DNA of 64,000 bases from Octopus vulgaris (GCA_951406725.2 OX597830.1:73470001-73534000), one strand, 5' to 3'. Positions 13,819 to 27,429 are shown, counted from the first letter of the stretch. Made by a program: numbers and translations. Notes: generated from the letters alone by a model not told the origin.

Positions 13819-14355
13819 CCAGTTTCCCACCAAAAATTCCTCTCACAATGAACTGGTCAACTTGATGCTATGCCCTTCGGTCGTATTCTATTTTCTTATT
13901 TTTTTACTCTCCACAAGGGGCTACACAGAGAGGGGACAAACGGATTAAGTCGATTATATCGACATCAGTGCGTAACTGGTACTTATTTAATCGAACCGAA
14001 AGGATGAAAGGCAAAGTCGACCTCGGCGGAATTTGAACTCAGAACGTGGGGCAGACAAAATACCTATTTCTATTTCTTTACTACCCACAAGGGGCTACAC
14101 ATGTTTATCCATTTTCTCTGATATTCCTATATCACTGGCGCAAGCACATGAACACTACCATGCAATTTCGGGGTCGATTAAATAAGTACCAGTTACGCGC
14201 TGGTGTCGATATAATCGACTTAATCCGTTTGTCCCCTCTCTGTGTAGTCCCTTGTGGAGAGTAAAAAAATAAGAAAATAGAATACGACCGAAGGGCATAG
14301 CATCAAGTTGACCAGTTCATTGTGAGAGGAATTTTTGGTGGGAAACTGGATGTGT
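13566..14355. repeat. Two-segment local inverted duplication including a SINE A fragment (13900-14100, minus)
   Basis: 14102-14168 is the reverse complement of 13566-13632; 14166-14355 is the reverse complement of 13813-14001. Confidence 0.9.
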
Positions 14356-14454
14356 GTGTGTGCGCGCGCCTGTAAAAATAATGTGTATGTTAAAGTGAAT
14401 ACATTGACTGTTGATAGATATGCGCTAAATAGCATTTCAAGATCACTCCTCTTT

Positions 14455-14496
<42 letters not shown>

Positions 14497-14970
14497 TTTT
14501 CTTTAACTCTCTGCCGTTCCCTCCTCCGTCATACACACAGAAACGTATTCAGTTGTCTATGCCGCGTCCTGAATCGGAATTGCAGAATTGTTTCTTGCTT
14601 ATAGAAGTTACCTCCCTTGCACCTTAAAACTAACAACATATCGAAGACAAATAATTATAATACAGTTGCATTTTCCATATTTTGTTCGCTAATCCCAATG
14701 AAGGATCCAATAAAATATAATCAAAAAGTATAAAAATATAACCGCACCACTCCGAGTATTGAATAGATTTGACTCTATACGAGCATGCAAATTAACTCGA
14801 AAAGCGACGTAACACGAAAAAGTAATTTAATGAATTTATTAGCTTCCGTATATTTCCAGATTTGAACAGTCCTTGCTTTTTCCTGTCCGTCTTTGTATCG
14901 TCTACCTGTCTGCATGCTTTATTGTCGTCTGTTGCGTTTTTTCCCCGTTTTTTGTTTTATCTATATATAC

Positions 14971-15460
14971 AACGGGCTTCTTCTAGTCTCCGTCTGCCAA
15001 ATCCAGTCACAAGGCTTTGGTCGGCTCGAGGATATAGAAGACACTTGCCCAAGGTGCTACGCAGTGGGACTGAACGCGGAACCATATGGTTGGGGAGCAA
15101 GCTTCCTATAACACAGCCACGACTTGTCTTATTCTTTTTACTTGTTTCAGTCAGTGACTGCGGGCATGCTGGAGCACCGGCTTTAAGGTCTTTTTTCTTT
15201 AGTCGAAGCAATCGAGCCCAGGACTTATTATTGTCAGCCTAGTACTTATTCTATCGGTTTCTTTTGCCGGACCGCTAATGATATGACGTATTCACACAAA
15301 CATCCGTTATTGAGCGATGGTGAGTGGGGGGACAAACATACACACACACGACGGGCTTCTTTCAGTTTCTGCCTACGAAGTCTGCTCAAGGCTTTCATCG
15401 GGCCGAGGCTATAGTAGAAGACTATGCCACGCAGTGGGACTGAACGCGGAACCATGTTGT
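14971..15460 (-). mobile_element. Two adjacent SINE B copies
   Basis: 5' half at 14971-15121 and a diverged near-full copy at 15135-15460. Confidence 0.8.
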
Positions 15461-15619
15461 TGAGAAAAACAGTGAAACTTCGTGGTCAAATGATTCGGCT
15501 TGACAAAGATACAACGTGCGAGTAGTAAGTGCAATGGTTTAACCAAGGATGGATACCAGGTTAAAACAGCCGCATCTAGATCATCAAAATGTACTCAATA
15601 CATGTTACCGGACGTAGCA

Positions 15620-15990
15620 ATGAAAAACATTTCTCGGGGGGAAGTACTTCTTTTGGAACAATGGATCTCGAAGCACATAAAGCTATAGATAATGCCATGT
15701 AAATATTGTGTTCTCTCGAAAGCTTCTAAATTCTTATGGCGTCAACAACGCATAATAGTCGCTGGTAAAAACAAAGTTTAGGGATATTCGAAGGATTGCT
15801 TTAGTCCAATAGAAGAACGCCTCTCATGTCTACATGAGATGTGGGTTCGCATTTCATCACCCTTCGACTTTTTGCATCCCAAAGGTTTTTTTCAACCCTT
15901 TATTTAAAAAATGCTATTTTTTATAGCCTTATGTATTTCGAGATCCATTGTTCCAAAGGAATATTATCACGTTCTCCCGAATGTTTATAA
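15620..15990. mobile_element. Old MITE-like element with inverted repeats
   Basis: ttggaacaatggatctcgaagcacataaagctata (~15653) vs tatagccttatgtatttcgagatccattgttccaa (~15921). Confidence 0.55.
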
Positions 15991-16944
15991 ATTTTGATGT
16001 CAACTTCTAAGGGTGTTTGAAGTTAGTTAAACACCTTCAGTAAATACCACCCGCAATGACCAAACACAAGATGTGCAAAAAATATCGATAAATAGATATG
16101 GGGTAGCCACGACTGGGGCGCTTTATCTGCTCAATCGTGGTTAAGGAACAACAGCAACTATATCCACTAACCAACGAAAGAGGAAGGAGGCAATTATTTA
16201 ACCACAACAGCGACAAGAAGTGGAATTAGGGTCCGCTACAAAGGCTCCTGATTCTCAATCTGTTGACGATTCTCAGACATGTTTTGAAAAATGTCTAAAA
16301 GAAGATTATATAAATATTTAAAAAACATTCTGGAAATGTTAAACGTTCGCCACATTCCAGTCTTCAGAAATATTTCTTTGAAATGTTCAACATTCCACAG
16401 ATTATAGCAAGGAAGCAGGTTTTTACATAAATATAAAGTTGGTCGTAAATATATGGCGATTCCTCATAAGACAGATGGATATTTATTGCTTGGAGATGAA
16501 TATACATGTATATATATACCTGTATGTGTGTATACACACATTTGTGTATTTGACTATATACCAAGATACGTCCACATATGTTTAGGAATACATACTCACA
16601 CACCCATACACAGACATGTATATATGCATGTATATGTGTATGCATGTGCATGAATCAAAATACACACATGTATATACAAATATACCCACCCGAGTCTGCG
16701 TGTTAGTGTGTGTGTGTTTATATACTTAATGTGAGCCAGGGAAAGAGCAAAGATGAAGAGAAAAATACGTGGCTTATATATATATATATATCTTTTCAAC
16801 ACGTACCATTTCGCTAAAATGCGAAAGAACATGCGTTGATAGATCTTGTATCGGAGAACAAATTTCTCCCTACAAATTTGTATAAAAGAAATACCAGATG
16901 CTCCAAACGACATCAGTGGATTGTCAGATGTAGTGTTTTATAAC

Positions 16945-17310
16945 GTGGCGAGCTGGCAGAAAGGTTAGCACACCGGGCGAAATGCATAGCTGTATTTTGT
17001 CTGCCATTACGTTCTGAGTTCAAATTCAGCTGAGGTCGACTTTGCCTTTCATCCTTTCGGGGTCGATTAATAAGTACCTTTTACGCACTGGGATCGATAT
17101 AATCGACTTAATCCGTTTGTCTGTCCTTGTTTGTCCCCTCTGTGATTAGCTCCTTGTGGGTAGTAAAGAAATAGATATTTCGTCTGTCGTTACGTTCTGA
17201 GTTCAAATGTCCGCCGAGGTCGACTTTACCTTTTATCCTTTTGGGGGTCGATAAATTTGGTATCAGTTAAGAACTGGGGTCGATTTAATCGACTTGCCCC
17301 TTCCCTCAAA
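16945..17310 (+). mobile_element. SINE family A dimer
   Basis: Head, one complete unit, then a second unit starting tttcgtctgtcgttacg. Confidence 0.85.
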
Positions 17311-17342
17311 ATATCTATCTATCTATCTATCTATCTATCTAG

Positions 17343-17386
<44 letters not shown>

Positions 17387-17589
17387 TTGCTTGCCTTTAT
17401 ATCTATCTATCTGTGCTTCTGTATGCGTTCTCTCCCTCTCGGTGCCAGATGAAAAGAAAAACGAACTTGGTCATTTGGAGCCAGAGAGGAATAGCTGTTT
17501 CTATATAGTAAATAGGAAACAAACAAAATATTTACTTGTGTGTGCTGAGGCGCTTCAGCATAGGAACTCGAACCTGGGAACCTACTCGT

Positions 17590-17775
17590 GCATTGCTGGC
17601 GATTTTCTTTCCTCTGTCTTCCTTTTCTCTTGGACTTTCCTCTGTCTCCTGTTTCTGAAGAAGAGAAACGTAAAACGACCTTTCTTTCTTTCCCTGAGCG
17701 TCTTTTAATACTTTGCATGTACCACGTCCTCGTGTTGTTTTTTCTTTTCTTTTTTTTCTTTTTTTGAGTAATTAT
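17590..17775 (+). mobile_element. PLE-like terminal fragment with a stem-II-deleted hammerhead (17651-17676)
   Basis: gttt-CTGAAGA-aga-GAAA-CG-TA-aaac; homologous to 24250-24435; followed by (TA)n. Confidence 0.55.
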
Positions 17776-17895
17776 ATATATATACATACATACATACATA
17801 CATGTGTGTGTGTGAGTGTATACATATATTTAATATATACACAGTATAAAGATACGAACTACTAATCGCAAGAAACATAGTAGCTCGTATTTTTA

Positions 17896-18311
17896 TACTC
17901 TTTACTCTTTTACTTGTTTAAGTCATTTGACTGCGGCCATGCTGGAGCACCGCCTTTAGTCGAGCAACTCGACCCCGGGACTTATTCTTTTGTAAGCACA
18001 GTACTTATTATATCGGTCTCTTTTGCCGAACCGCTAAGTTACGAGGACGTAAACACACCAGCATGGGTTGTCAAGCAATGCTAGGGGGACAAACACAGAC
18101 ACACAAACATATACACACACACTTATATATATATATACATATATACGACGGCATTCTTTCAGCCTCCGCCTACCAAATCCACTCACAAGGCATTGGTCGG
18201 CCCGGGGCTATAGTAGAAGACACTTGCCCGAAGGTGCCACGCAGTGGGACCGAACCCGAAACCATGTGGTTGGTAAACAAGCTACTTACCACACAGCCAC
18301 TCCTGCGCCTA
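17896..18311 (-). mobile_element. SINE family B, full length
   Basis: Head, core, internal microsatellite and tail all present. Confidence 0.9.
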
Positions 18312-18568
18312 TTGATCCTCTTGTATTTTCTTTTACCCAAAACAAGGAACTTTGCAGTACCCCCGCCTATGTGTTCTGTAGTAGGTTTGCTTCCCAACCA
18401 CATGGTCTCATGTTCAATTACCTATGCTGAAGCGCCTCAGCACACGCAAGTAAATATTTTGTTTGTTTCCTGTTTACAGGAAACAGCTATTCCTCTCTGG
18501 CTCCAAATGACCGAGTTTGTTTTTCTTTTCATCTGACACCGAGAGGGAGTTAACGCATACAGAGGCAC

Positions 18569-18654
<86 letters not shown>

Positions 18655-18698
18655 TTAGGTAGATAGATACATAGTTATATATATATATATATATATAA

Positions 18699-18858
<160 letters not shown>

Positions 18859-19516
18859 TAAGTCCTTTTGTTTCAAATCACATCGCATCGTTTTGAAAAT
18901 GACAACGATATACTTGAAAATACTGCCAAGGGTGGTCGAAGCTGAAATGCCTTTCAGCATGGCTATTCCCACCAAGGGCCAACATGGGGCTAAATAACAA
19001 ATAAACATCACCACATTTTTTCAAGGAATTCTTGTGATAATCCGTGATTGTGATTAACCGTTCTGTACTGGATTGGCATCGCCATGTGTGGTTTACACAG
19101 AGATACTCTAGCACCAAATGTGGAAGATTAAGAGACTTATGTATGCTCTTTGATCTAATCTATACCGTGTTGGCAGAGCCAAAAAAAAAAAGATATGTGG
19201 ACATCAATTCCTCAATTCCACTGGACCGTAACCACTCGAAGTTCTACAAAGAGAGCCGCTTTCATCTGCATGATTCTGAGAAACGACCACCACTAACGCA
19301 GTTGTTCCACTATGTGTGTACGTATGGGTGGTGGTGGTGGTGGTGGTGATTGGTTAGACGAAGCCAAAAGGTAGAGGAGAGACAGAAATGAAAAGCCAAG
19401 TTGACCGGTCCACTTAACTGCCAAACTTAATTATCCGTTGATCCGACAAAGAGGTATGTAGTATGTTGTCAGCAGTATGGCAAAACACATCTTAGTTTCA
19501 ATTGGTTGAAGAAAAT

Positions 19517-19661
<145 letters not shown>

Positions 19662-19672
19662 ATATATATATA

Positions 19673-19845
19673 TAGGCGCAGGAGTGGCTGTGTAGTAAGT
19701 AGCTTGCTTACCAACCACATGGTTCCGGGTTCAGTCCCACTGCGTGGCACCTTGGGCAAGTGTCTTCTACTATAGCCTCGGGCCGACCGAAGTCTTGTGA
19801 GTGGATTTGATAGACAGAAACTGAAAGAAGCCCTTCGTATATATG

Positions 19846-19884
<39 letters not shown>

Positions 19885-20085
19885 ATGTTTGCCAACCCCC
19901 CCCCCCCAAAAAAAACATCGCTTGGTATATTTACGTCCCCGTAACTTAGCGGTTCGGCAAAAGAGACCGATAGAATAAGTACTAGGGTTACAAAGAATAA
20001 GTCCTGGGGGTCGATTTGCTCGAGTAAAGGCGGTGCTCCAGCATGGCCACAGTCAAATGACTGAAACAAGTAAAAGAGTAAAGAA
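19673..20085 (+). mobile_element. SINE family B, full length
   Basis: taggcgcaggagtggctgtg...ccttgggcaagt...ggcggtgctccagcatggccacagtcaaatgactgaaacaagtaaaagag. Confidence 0.9.
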
Positions 20086-20093
20086 TATATATG

Positions 20094-20158
<65 letters not shown>

Positions 20159-20199
20159 CAAATGAAAGACAGAAGATGGAATATATGAGGATTTATTAT

Positions 20200-20317
20200 T
20201 AATCACGACAATCGTTTCGACATATCTAGCATCGATTCATCGATTCCACTTGGGTGGGACACACAACAACTGGTCCAGGAGCATCCAGTAGTGGAGATGT
20301 ATCTCGTCGGGTGATAA
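20200..20317 (-). ncRNA. Type I hammerhead motif with long stem II (U4C variant)
   Basis: atcac-CCGACGA-gatacatct...agatatgtc-GAAA-CGATTG-TC-gtgat; GUC triplet; (TA)n about 45 nt downstream. Confidence 0.65.
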
Positions 20318-20541
20318 TAAATAAAATCTGTTATTTTTCTAGAATCTCCCTCACTAACTCAGAAATCATCTTGTTGGTTCAGAAGCTCACACAGCTGTGA
20401 AGTCCTATTTGTTATCCCAGAAAGTACCCTGGTGCTTCTTCTGCTCCCTCTTTAATGCAGAAATTCGCTTGTTAACCCAGAAACCCTATTGCTATTCACA
20501 ACCTTCCTCATCGACATAGAAGCTCGATTATTAATTCAAGC

Positions 20542-20989
20542 GGAGTCTTTTCGGTTTGAACGGCAGTTTTTTCTAGCGGTGTCATATGAAATTGTCACCC
20601 ATAATTATGACCCTAGTATCGATCTATTGCATTTCGATCTGTTTTAGGGTTAGGATTAGTTAGGGTTAGGGTTAGGGTTGGGGTTAGAGGTGGGAGGAAG
20701 GGTATCTTTTTTTCTTCAGAAATGTAAATAAACCCAATCTGTTTCTTAAACGAGGGACATATTCATACGGCACAGAATGTTTTCACCTTCAATAGATGTC
20801 AGTGATTGGTCGAAATTGCAGAAATTGAAGAAAACGAAACAACAAATATCGTATAAACTATAGAATTTTCTCAATAAAGCCAAGAGAAAAAGATGTTTTA
20901 TAAACACATTCTATCAGTATACGAAGTTTAAAAGTATTTAGTTGCGTTTAAATTATTTCAAACAACTGCCGTTCAAACCGAAAAGATCC
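20542..20989. mobile_element. MITE with ~27-bp TIRs, 7-bp TSD and internal (TTAGGG)n
   Basis: TIR ggagtcttttcggtttgaacggcagtt / aactgccgttcaaaccgaaaagatcc; TSD ttcaagc at 20535-20541 and 20990-20996. Confidence 0.85.
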
Positions 20990-21424
20990 TTCAAGCATTT
21001 CTTAGATAGTCATCTGTTGAACTAAATACACCTTTGCTTGTCTAGAAGCTCACTCGTTAGCTCAGAAATTTCTATTGTTAGCTTAGAAACTCCCCCACTG
21101 ACATAGAAGATCCTTTGTCGGGGTAGCAGGCTACCATTTGTGTTGTTTATACATGCAAAGGATTAATCTAGCTTTAGTCTCGTGAGAGTAAGCAGGAGGA
21201 GGAAAAAATTATATATCAGATGTTTTTTTTAAAATTCAGTTCACAAGTAAGTGATTCCAAGAATGTAAGCATCATTCTTTCACAAAATACCGAAATATCT
21301 TACTCTAAAGAAGAATCTAGCATATTTGAAATTTTAGAGGTTAGATATCTATGATAAAAATTCCAAGGAGAGGAATAAGAAACTATAACAAACAAATGAA
21401 AGAATGAGTAAACAAAAAAGCCCC

Positions 21425-21960
21425 TGCGTTGGGCTAAGACATTAACTTTGCAATTGGTTGGTTTCCGGTTCGATTCCATTGCTCGTCGATTTGGATAAGT
21501 AATATATATTTGTGATCTACAGTTCACTGAGCTGTAGATATGAGTTACGACATCACTGGTGCCAAATTGTATCAGCCTTTGCCTTTCCCTTGGCTAACAT
21601 CGGTGGCGTGTTGAATGGAGGTTGGTATGCATGGGCGAAAGGCGGCGAGCTGGCAGAAACGTTAGCACGGCAGGCGAAATACTTAGCGGTATTTCGTCTG
21701 TCGTTACGTTCTGAGTTCAAATTCCGCCGAGGTCGACTTTGCCTTTCATCCTTTCGGGCTCGATAAATTAAGTACCAGATACGCACTGGGGTCGATATAA
21801 TCGACTTAATCCGTTTGTCTGTCCTTGTTTGTCCTCTCTGTGTTTAGCCCCTTGTGGGTAGTAAAGAAATGGGTATGCATGGGCGACTACTTGTCTTCCA
21901 TAAAACAACCTTGCCCGGACTTGTGCCTCAGTGGAATCTCGTGGTCATTCAGGACAGAAG
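21425..21960 (+). mobile_element. Old SINE C interrupted by a young SINE A (21640-21870)
   Basis: 15-bp TSD ggtatgcatgggcga flanks the SINE A inside the SINE C body. Confidence 0.85.
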
Positions 21961-22324
21961 GGGGTTTTACCCTTACTACATTTTATATAGACAAGGCGTC
22001 GGCGACTAAACCGGCACGAGTACGACTTGGGTGTTGAAGTTTGCCAGAAATGCAAATGGCCTATGCAAAACTCGTTAGAAGAACGGACCAATCCAGCATA
22101 GAGTTTCTAACGATTGTACGCGAGGGACATAGAAATACTGGTAAGAATAAACGAGTGAACCTTAAGATCAATCAGAAATTAGCGAAACACAAATTCTTGC
22201 CATTCAAATTATTCCCTTAAAATTCAATATTCCTCTGTTGTGAAATCCGGCGGTTACTGGTGACCCCAACCTCTGTGTTGCAGGCAAGATGGATAAATGT
22301 CAATCGTTGCTTACCTTTTATCAA

Positions 22325-22540
22325 AGCCGGCGAGTCGGCAGAATCCTTAGCACGCAGAACAAAATGCTTTCTTCTGGCTTTATGATTTAAGTTCAAATTA
22401 TGCCGAAGTCGTCTTAGCTTTTCGTCCTTTTGAGGTCCTTTGAGGCCGATAAACGAGTAGCAATCAAGCACTGGGTTCGATGCAATCGGCAACAATACCC
22501 GCCCTCTGTGCAATTTCAGGCCGTGCACCTACAGCAGGAA
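22325..22540 (+). mobile_element. Old SINE A
   Basis: Diverged ggcgagtcggcagaatccttagcacg head and core. Confidence 0.6.
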
Positions 22541-22707
22541 AACTAAAAAATCATTAATTTCTTTTCCTTCAGTTCGATAATGATTTCCTGGTATTAGAAT
22601 ATGAGGGCCTCTATTGTAAAGCCATACAAGAAAATACTTTCATAAAGGAGTTAGCTAAAGCTGCAAGCCGAAATAATTACGATTAATGGTGAAAGCTAAG
22701 TAAATAT

Positions 22708-23014
22708 ATGTTTGTTTGTTCCTACTCGAGCCATGCCTGGCTCATAAGGGCCGGTTTCTCGGTTTCCTTGGCGTATAGTTACCCCACCTGGAGGGGACGC
22801 CTGTCCGTCGCAGGTGAGCCGCAAGATTCAGGTGGAAAGAGTGAGAGAAAGTTGTGGCGAAAGAGTCAGCAGAAGTTCGCCATTACCTTCTGCCGGAGCC
22901 GCGTGGAGCTTAGGTGTTTCGCTCATAAACACATACATCGCCCGGTCTGAGCTTCGAACCCGCGATCCCTCGACCGTGAGTCCGCTGCTCTAACCAATAG
23001 GCCATGAGCCTCCA
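22708..23014 (-). mobile_element. SINE family D (tRNA-derived)
   Basis: Minus strand: tggcctattggttagagcagcggactc...gggttcgaa B box, body cgccacaactttctctcactc, tail (aaac)n. Confidence 0.85.
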
Positions 23015-23019
23015 CAAGC

Positions 23020-23100
23020 ATCACACATACATACATACACACACACACACACATACACACATACACACATACATACATACACACACACACATACATACAC

Positions 23101-23136
<36 letters not shown>

Positions 23137-23183
23137 ACACACATACACACACACATACATACATACACACATACATACATACA

Positions 23184-23214
<31 letters not shown>

Positions 23215-23853
23215 GGGGTTGGCTGTATTGCAGGCATGCGTCAGTGTATGTATGTGTGTGCCTGTGGATTCACATACACCCACACCAATTTTTTCCATCA
23301 ATCTTTCAATTATAAAGTGTGTGCTTGCATACATATATATACACACATATAAACCTCTACTTTTATACACACACGCACTTGTATACATACATTCACTCGC
23401 ACGCACGTACACACACGCACACACACACACATATACATATATATACAATACACGCACGCATACATACACACGTACAAACACACACACCAGCACAGATGCC
23501 CACATATACCTCCAACAAACAATATTCATACAGATAGGCACACATTCATACACACATGGGCACAGACACACACACACACATACACGCACGTAAGCGCACA
23601 CAAGCACACGCACGCACATTACGCCCACACAACTCCACCCCACCCCACACACACACACGCATACACAAATTCACATACACACCAATATATACATACACAC
23701 AATATATGCCTACACGCACACACACACATACACATACGTATACACATACAGGCACAGACACACACATACGCACAAAAAACATGCGCACACATACACTAAG
23801 TAAAGCACAGTTATTCGCCACACACCCAAACTCTACGCATGCACATACGAACA

Positions 23854-23884
<31 letters not shown>

Positions 23885-24140
23885 TACAAACAAAACACAC
23901 ACACGATACATATACATACACGCACACACACACATACTTCATTGTACTGACCTGTGGCAGAGACAAAAAACACCACTCCTTATTCTTACAAACTAGCCAG
24001 ATACTAGCCTGTTGTTTACAGCTACAACCACACACACATACACACACACACGCACACACACACACACACACGTGTCACCACTGCACACATACACACACAC
24101 ATCTCCGCGCACGCACACATCCACACTTACAGACACATTC
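23020..24140. repeat. Long degenerate (CA)/(CATA) microsatellite field with short unique islands
   Basis: Directly visible. Confidence 0.9.
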
Positions 24141-24244
24141 TCCCTCCTACATTTCGCTTTCTTTGACCATTCTACTCTTCTGTCTTTGAAAACATCTTTC
24201 TTCACCCTTTCTCCTTCCTGTCTTTCAAAATGTGACCTTGTGTG

Positions 24245-24545
<301 letters not shown>

Positions 24546-24573
24546 CTTATTTATATATATATATATACATATA

Positions 24574-24614
<41 letters not shown>

Positions 24615-24641
24615 TTATTTATATATATATATATACTTATT

Positions 24642-24722
<81 letters not shown>

Positions 24723-25319
24723 TTATTTATATATATATATATATACACACACACAATTTGAATAAGTTAGCAAGAAGTCTATATTTATTCCGCATTGTAA
24801 TTCTAGGATCCGAGAAAACTATTCTTTCGGATTGTTTTGTTTTTCTTTTTCTTCTCCTTGTTCCTCTTAGTCTAAGTATTTCCTTTTGAAGTCGCATGGC
24901 ATTTTAGGCTTTGATGTTTGATTGTTTGGTTATCTGTTGCACAAATCTCAATGATCACATGTGGAATTAATAATTTTCAAACAGTGGAATAAATTTGGAA
25001 TAGAGATAAATATTTAGACTACAAAATGAAACATTCTTCAACTAGAAGAAAAAATCATGTGTGCGCACTCGCGCATATACATATTTTTTTTGTGTGTGTG
25101 TATGTGTGTGTGTGTGTGAGTGAATATAAATAATTTTCGTTTCTTTTTATGAAAACAAAAAAAAAGATATATAGAACTACAAAAAAGAAGTGCACGTGTG
25201 AAATTGAGACAGAGACAAAAACCATTGATTAGAGAACGAACATGAAATTCGGGCCAACGATTTGGTATAAGCCCACGCTTCTATACATTTCATCATATTC
25301 AAATAATACTAATTATTTA

Positions 25320-25532
25320 TTTACTAGCCACAAGGGGCTAAACACAGAGAGGACAAACGAGGACAGACAAACGGATTAAGTCGATTATATCGACCCCAGT
25401 GCGTAACTGGTACTTATTTAATCGACCCCGAAAGTCGACCTCGGCGGAATTTGAACTCAGAACGTAATGGCAGACGAAATACCGTTAGGCATTTCGGCCG
25501 GCATGCTAACGTTTCTGCCAGGTCGCCGCCTT
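25320..25532 (-). mobile_element. SINE family A
   Basis: TSD caaataatac at about 25300-25309 and 25535-25544. Confidence 0.85.
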
Positions 25533-25769
25533 AACAAATAATACCAGGTAACTTCCCGTATTCTCGCGCGTGAGCTCTTGATTTTACTAACCTCTTCGCG
25601 GCTACTATTTCGCCTCTAATATCTATTCCTAAAATCTCCACATACATATCTAACGGATGGCTTACATTGGTTGCAATCAATTAATGTATTGCACTTATCA
25701 AGATTTCTGCGACATGGTCAGGTGGTAGACCAGCCAGTTTATTCTTAAGTCTAGTATTATTTTATATAC

Positions 25770-26100
25770 GAGATTTTAGTTTTGAAGCCGCTTAAATTTA
25801 GAGCATTGTTATATAATGGTGCATATTGATCAAAAGTTCCCTTCGTTCGAGGACAAATTAGAGAATCTGATCGAAATGACAGTAACAATGCTATTAATGG
25901 TAGATTTCGGACGATTGGAGGAAACATTAATATATGAAATGGATTTATTTAGCTTACGTAATGGGCAGTATAATCCCGTATCCAAAGTCAAGGTAATATC
26001 CAAGAAATTCACCACTCTAGAGTTAACATCAAAACTAATGTTAAGATTAAAGAAATTTTCAAAGAAATTTCTCAAAAAGTTCTTTAATCTATTCAGCACA
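25770..26100 (-). pseudogene. Penelope-like element reverse transcriptase C-terminal fragment
   Basis: VNFLDITLTLDTGLYCP..K....SYINVSSNRP...IRFSNLSSNE, then after a frameshift FDQYAPLYNNALNLSGFK; matches the PLE RT thumb pattern (FLD...Y.P..KP..Y....SNHP...RLS.LSSNE.F...Y..AL..SG). Confidence 0.8.
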
Positions 26101-26139
26101 GTTTTAGACTGGCTACATACAGCTAGAAGTGCATCATCC

Positions 26140-26249
26140 CGAAGTTACGAGGACGTAAACATCCATTGTCAAGCGATTGTATGGAAATAAATACAGACAC
26201 AAAGACACACGCGCACAAACACACACACAGACACACTCACACACACACA

Positions 26250-26332
<83 letters not shown>

Positions 26333-26490
26333 GACGGGCTTTTTTCTATTTTTGTCTACCAAATCCATTCACAAGGCTTTGGTCGGCGTGAGGCTATAGT
26401 GGAAGACGCAAGGTGTCTCGTAATGGGACTGAACTTGGAACCGTGTGGCTGGGAACCAAGTTTCTTACCACTCAATCAGGTCTGCGCCTA
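26140..26490 (-). mobile_element. SINE family B, diverged, 3'-truncated
   Basis: Head and core plus internal (CA)n. Confidence 0.75.
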
Positions 26491-26516
26491 CATATACATA
26501 CATACATATATATATA

Positions 26517-27365
26517 CAGGGTGGCCCAAAATTCACTGAGGAGTTTTTATTTTTTATTTACTCCTTTATTTTTACAAATAGGTGTATGAAGTTTTAATTC
26601 AATATAGAGAGATAATGGAGATTAATTCGCATTAGTCCTTTTTCATCATACCTCTGCATTACGTATGAAAAATGTCATCTTTTAAATGGCATCCATTTTC
26701 AGCTTCACACATCGATGCGCTTTCCCAAAGATGTTCCATGACAGCTGTAAGGGTTTCAGGGTCCAGTTCTCTGATTTCTCTAGTGATATTCTCCTTCAGT
26801 TGCTCCAGGGTTTCTGGTTTATTGACACAAATCTGCTCCTTGACGTACCCCAGCAAGTCAGGGCTGGTCAGGTTTGAGGAAGGCGATCGCCAAGTAACAT
26901 CGCAGTAGCGAGAGATGATTCTCTCTCCAAAATATTGCCTCTGCAACTGCATTGTATCTCTTGCTGGATGCACAGTTGCCTCATCTTGCTGGAACCACAT
27001 ATCGGGCCCACGTTGAATGGCCGGACACAATAAGTTCTCGATCGTAGACCTGTACCGTTCAGCAGCCACAGTGACAGCATTCCCATAATCTTCTTCAAAG
27101 AAAGAAAACCCGATTATCTCATTCATCATAATTGCTCATCACACTGTACACTTTATGGGGTGCATTTCTCTTTGGTGGTCTCTGGGCTTGAATAACTGAT
27201 TTTGATAGAACAATTTCACTACTTGGGTGCGCTGTGCGGCGACGTATTTTTCTATAATTGATTTCCAGGATTTAGTCCATAAAATCCCTGAAAAAAAGAG
27301 GGGAAAAGAAGGTTAAAGATACAAGAACTATCAAAGATTGCAACCCCTCAGTTAGTTTTGAGCCA

Positions 27366-27368
<3 letters not shown>
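26517..27368 (-). mobile_element. Tc1/mariner-superfamily transposon, defective
   Basis: TIRs cagggtggcccaaaattcactgag / ctcagttagttttgagccac; ORF 26659-27129 with WFQQD.A..H, W...S.NLTSPD and KPETLEQLK motifs. Confidence 0.85.

Positions 27369-27429
<61 letters not shown>

Larger units (their letters stand above)
17411..18570. repeat. Inverted repeat, arms 17411-17564 and 18421-18570, extended by (TCTA)n/(TAGA)n
   Basis: Arms are reverse complements with a few differences; the flanking tetranucleotide tracts are also complementary. Confidence 0.85.

Noticed and set aside
20644-20690. Telomere or chromosome fusion scar
   Set aside because: Short, single orientation, and internal to a MITE with TIRs and TSD.
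22940-23012. tRNA gene
   Set aside because: A tRNA-derived SINE head that continues into a repeated body; the same applies to the other A/B-box heads.
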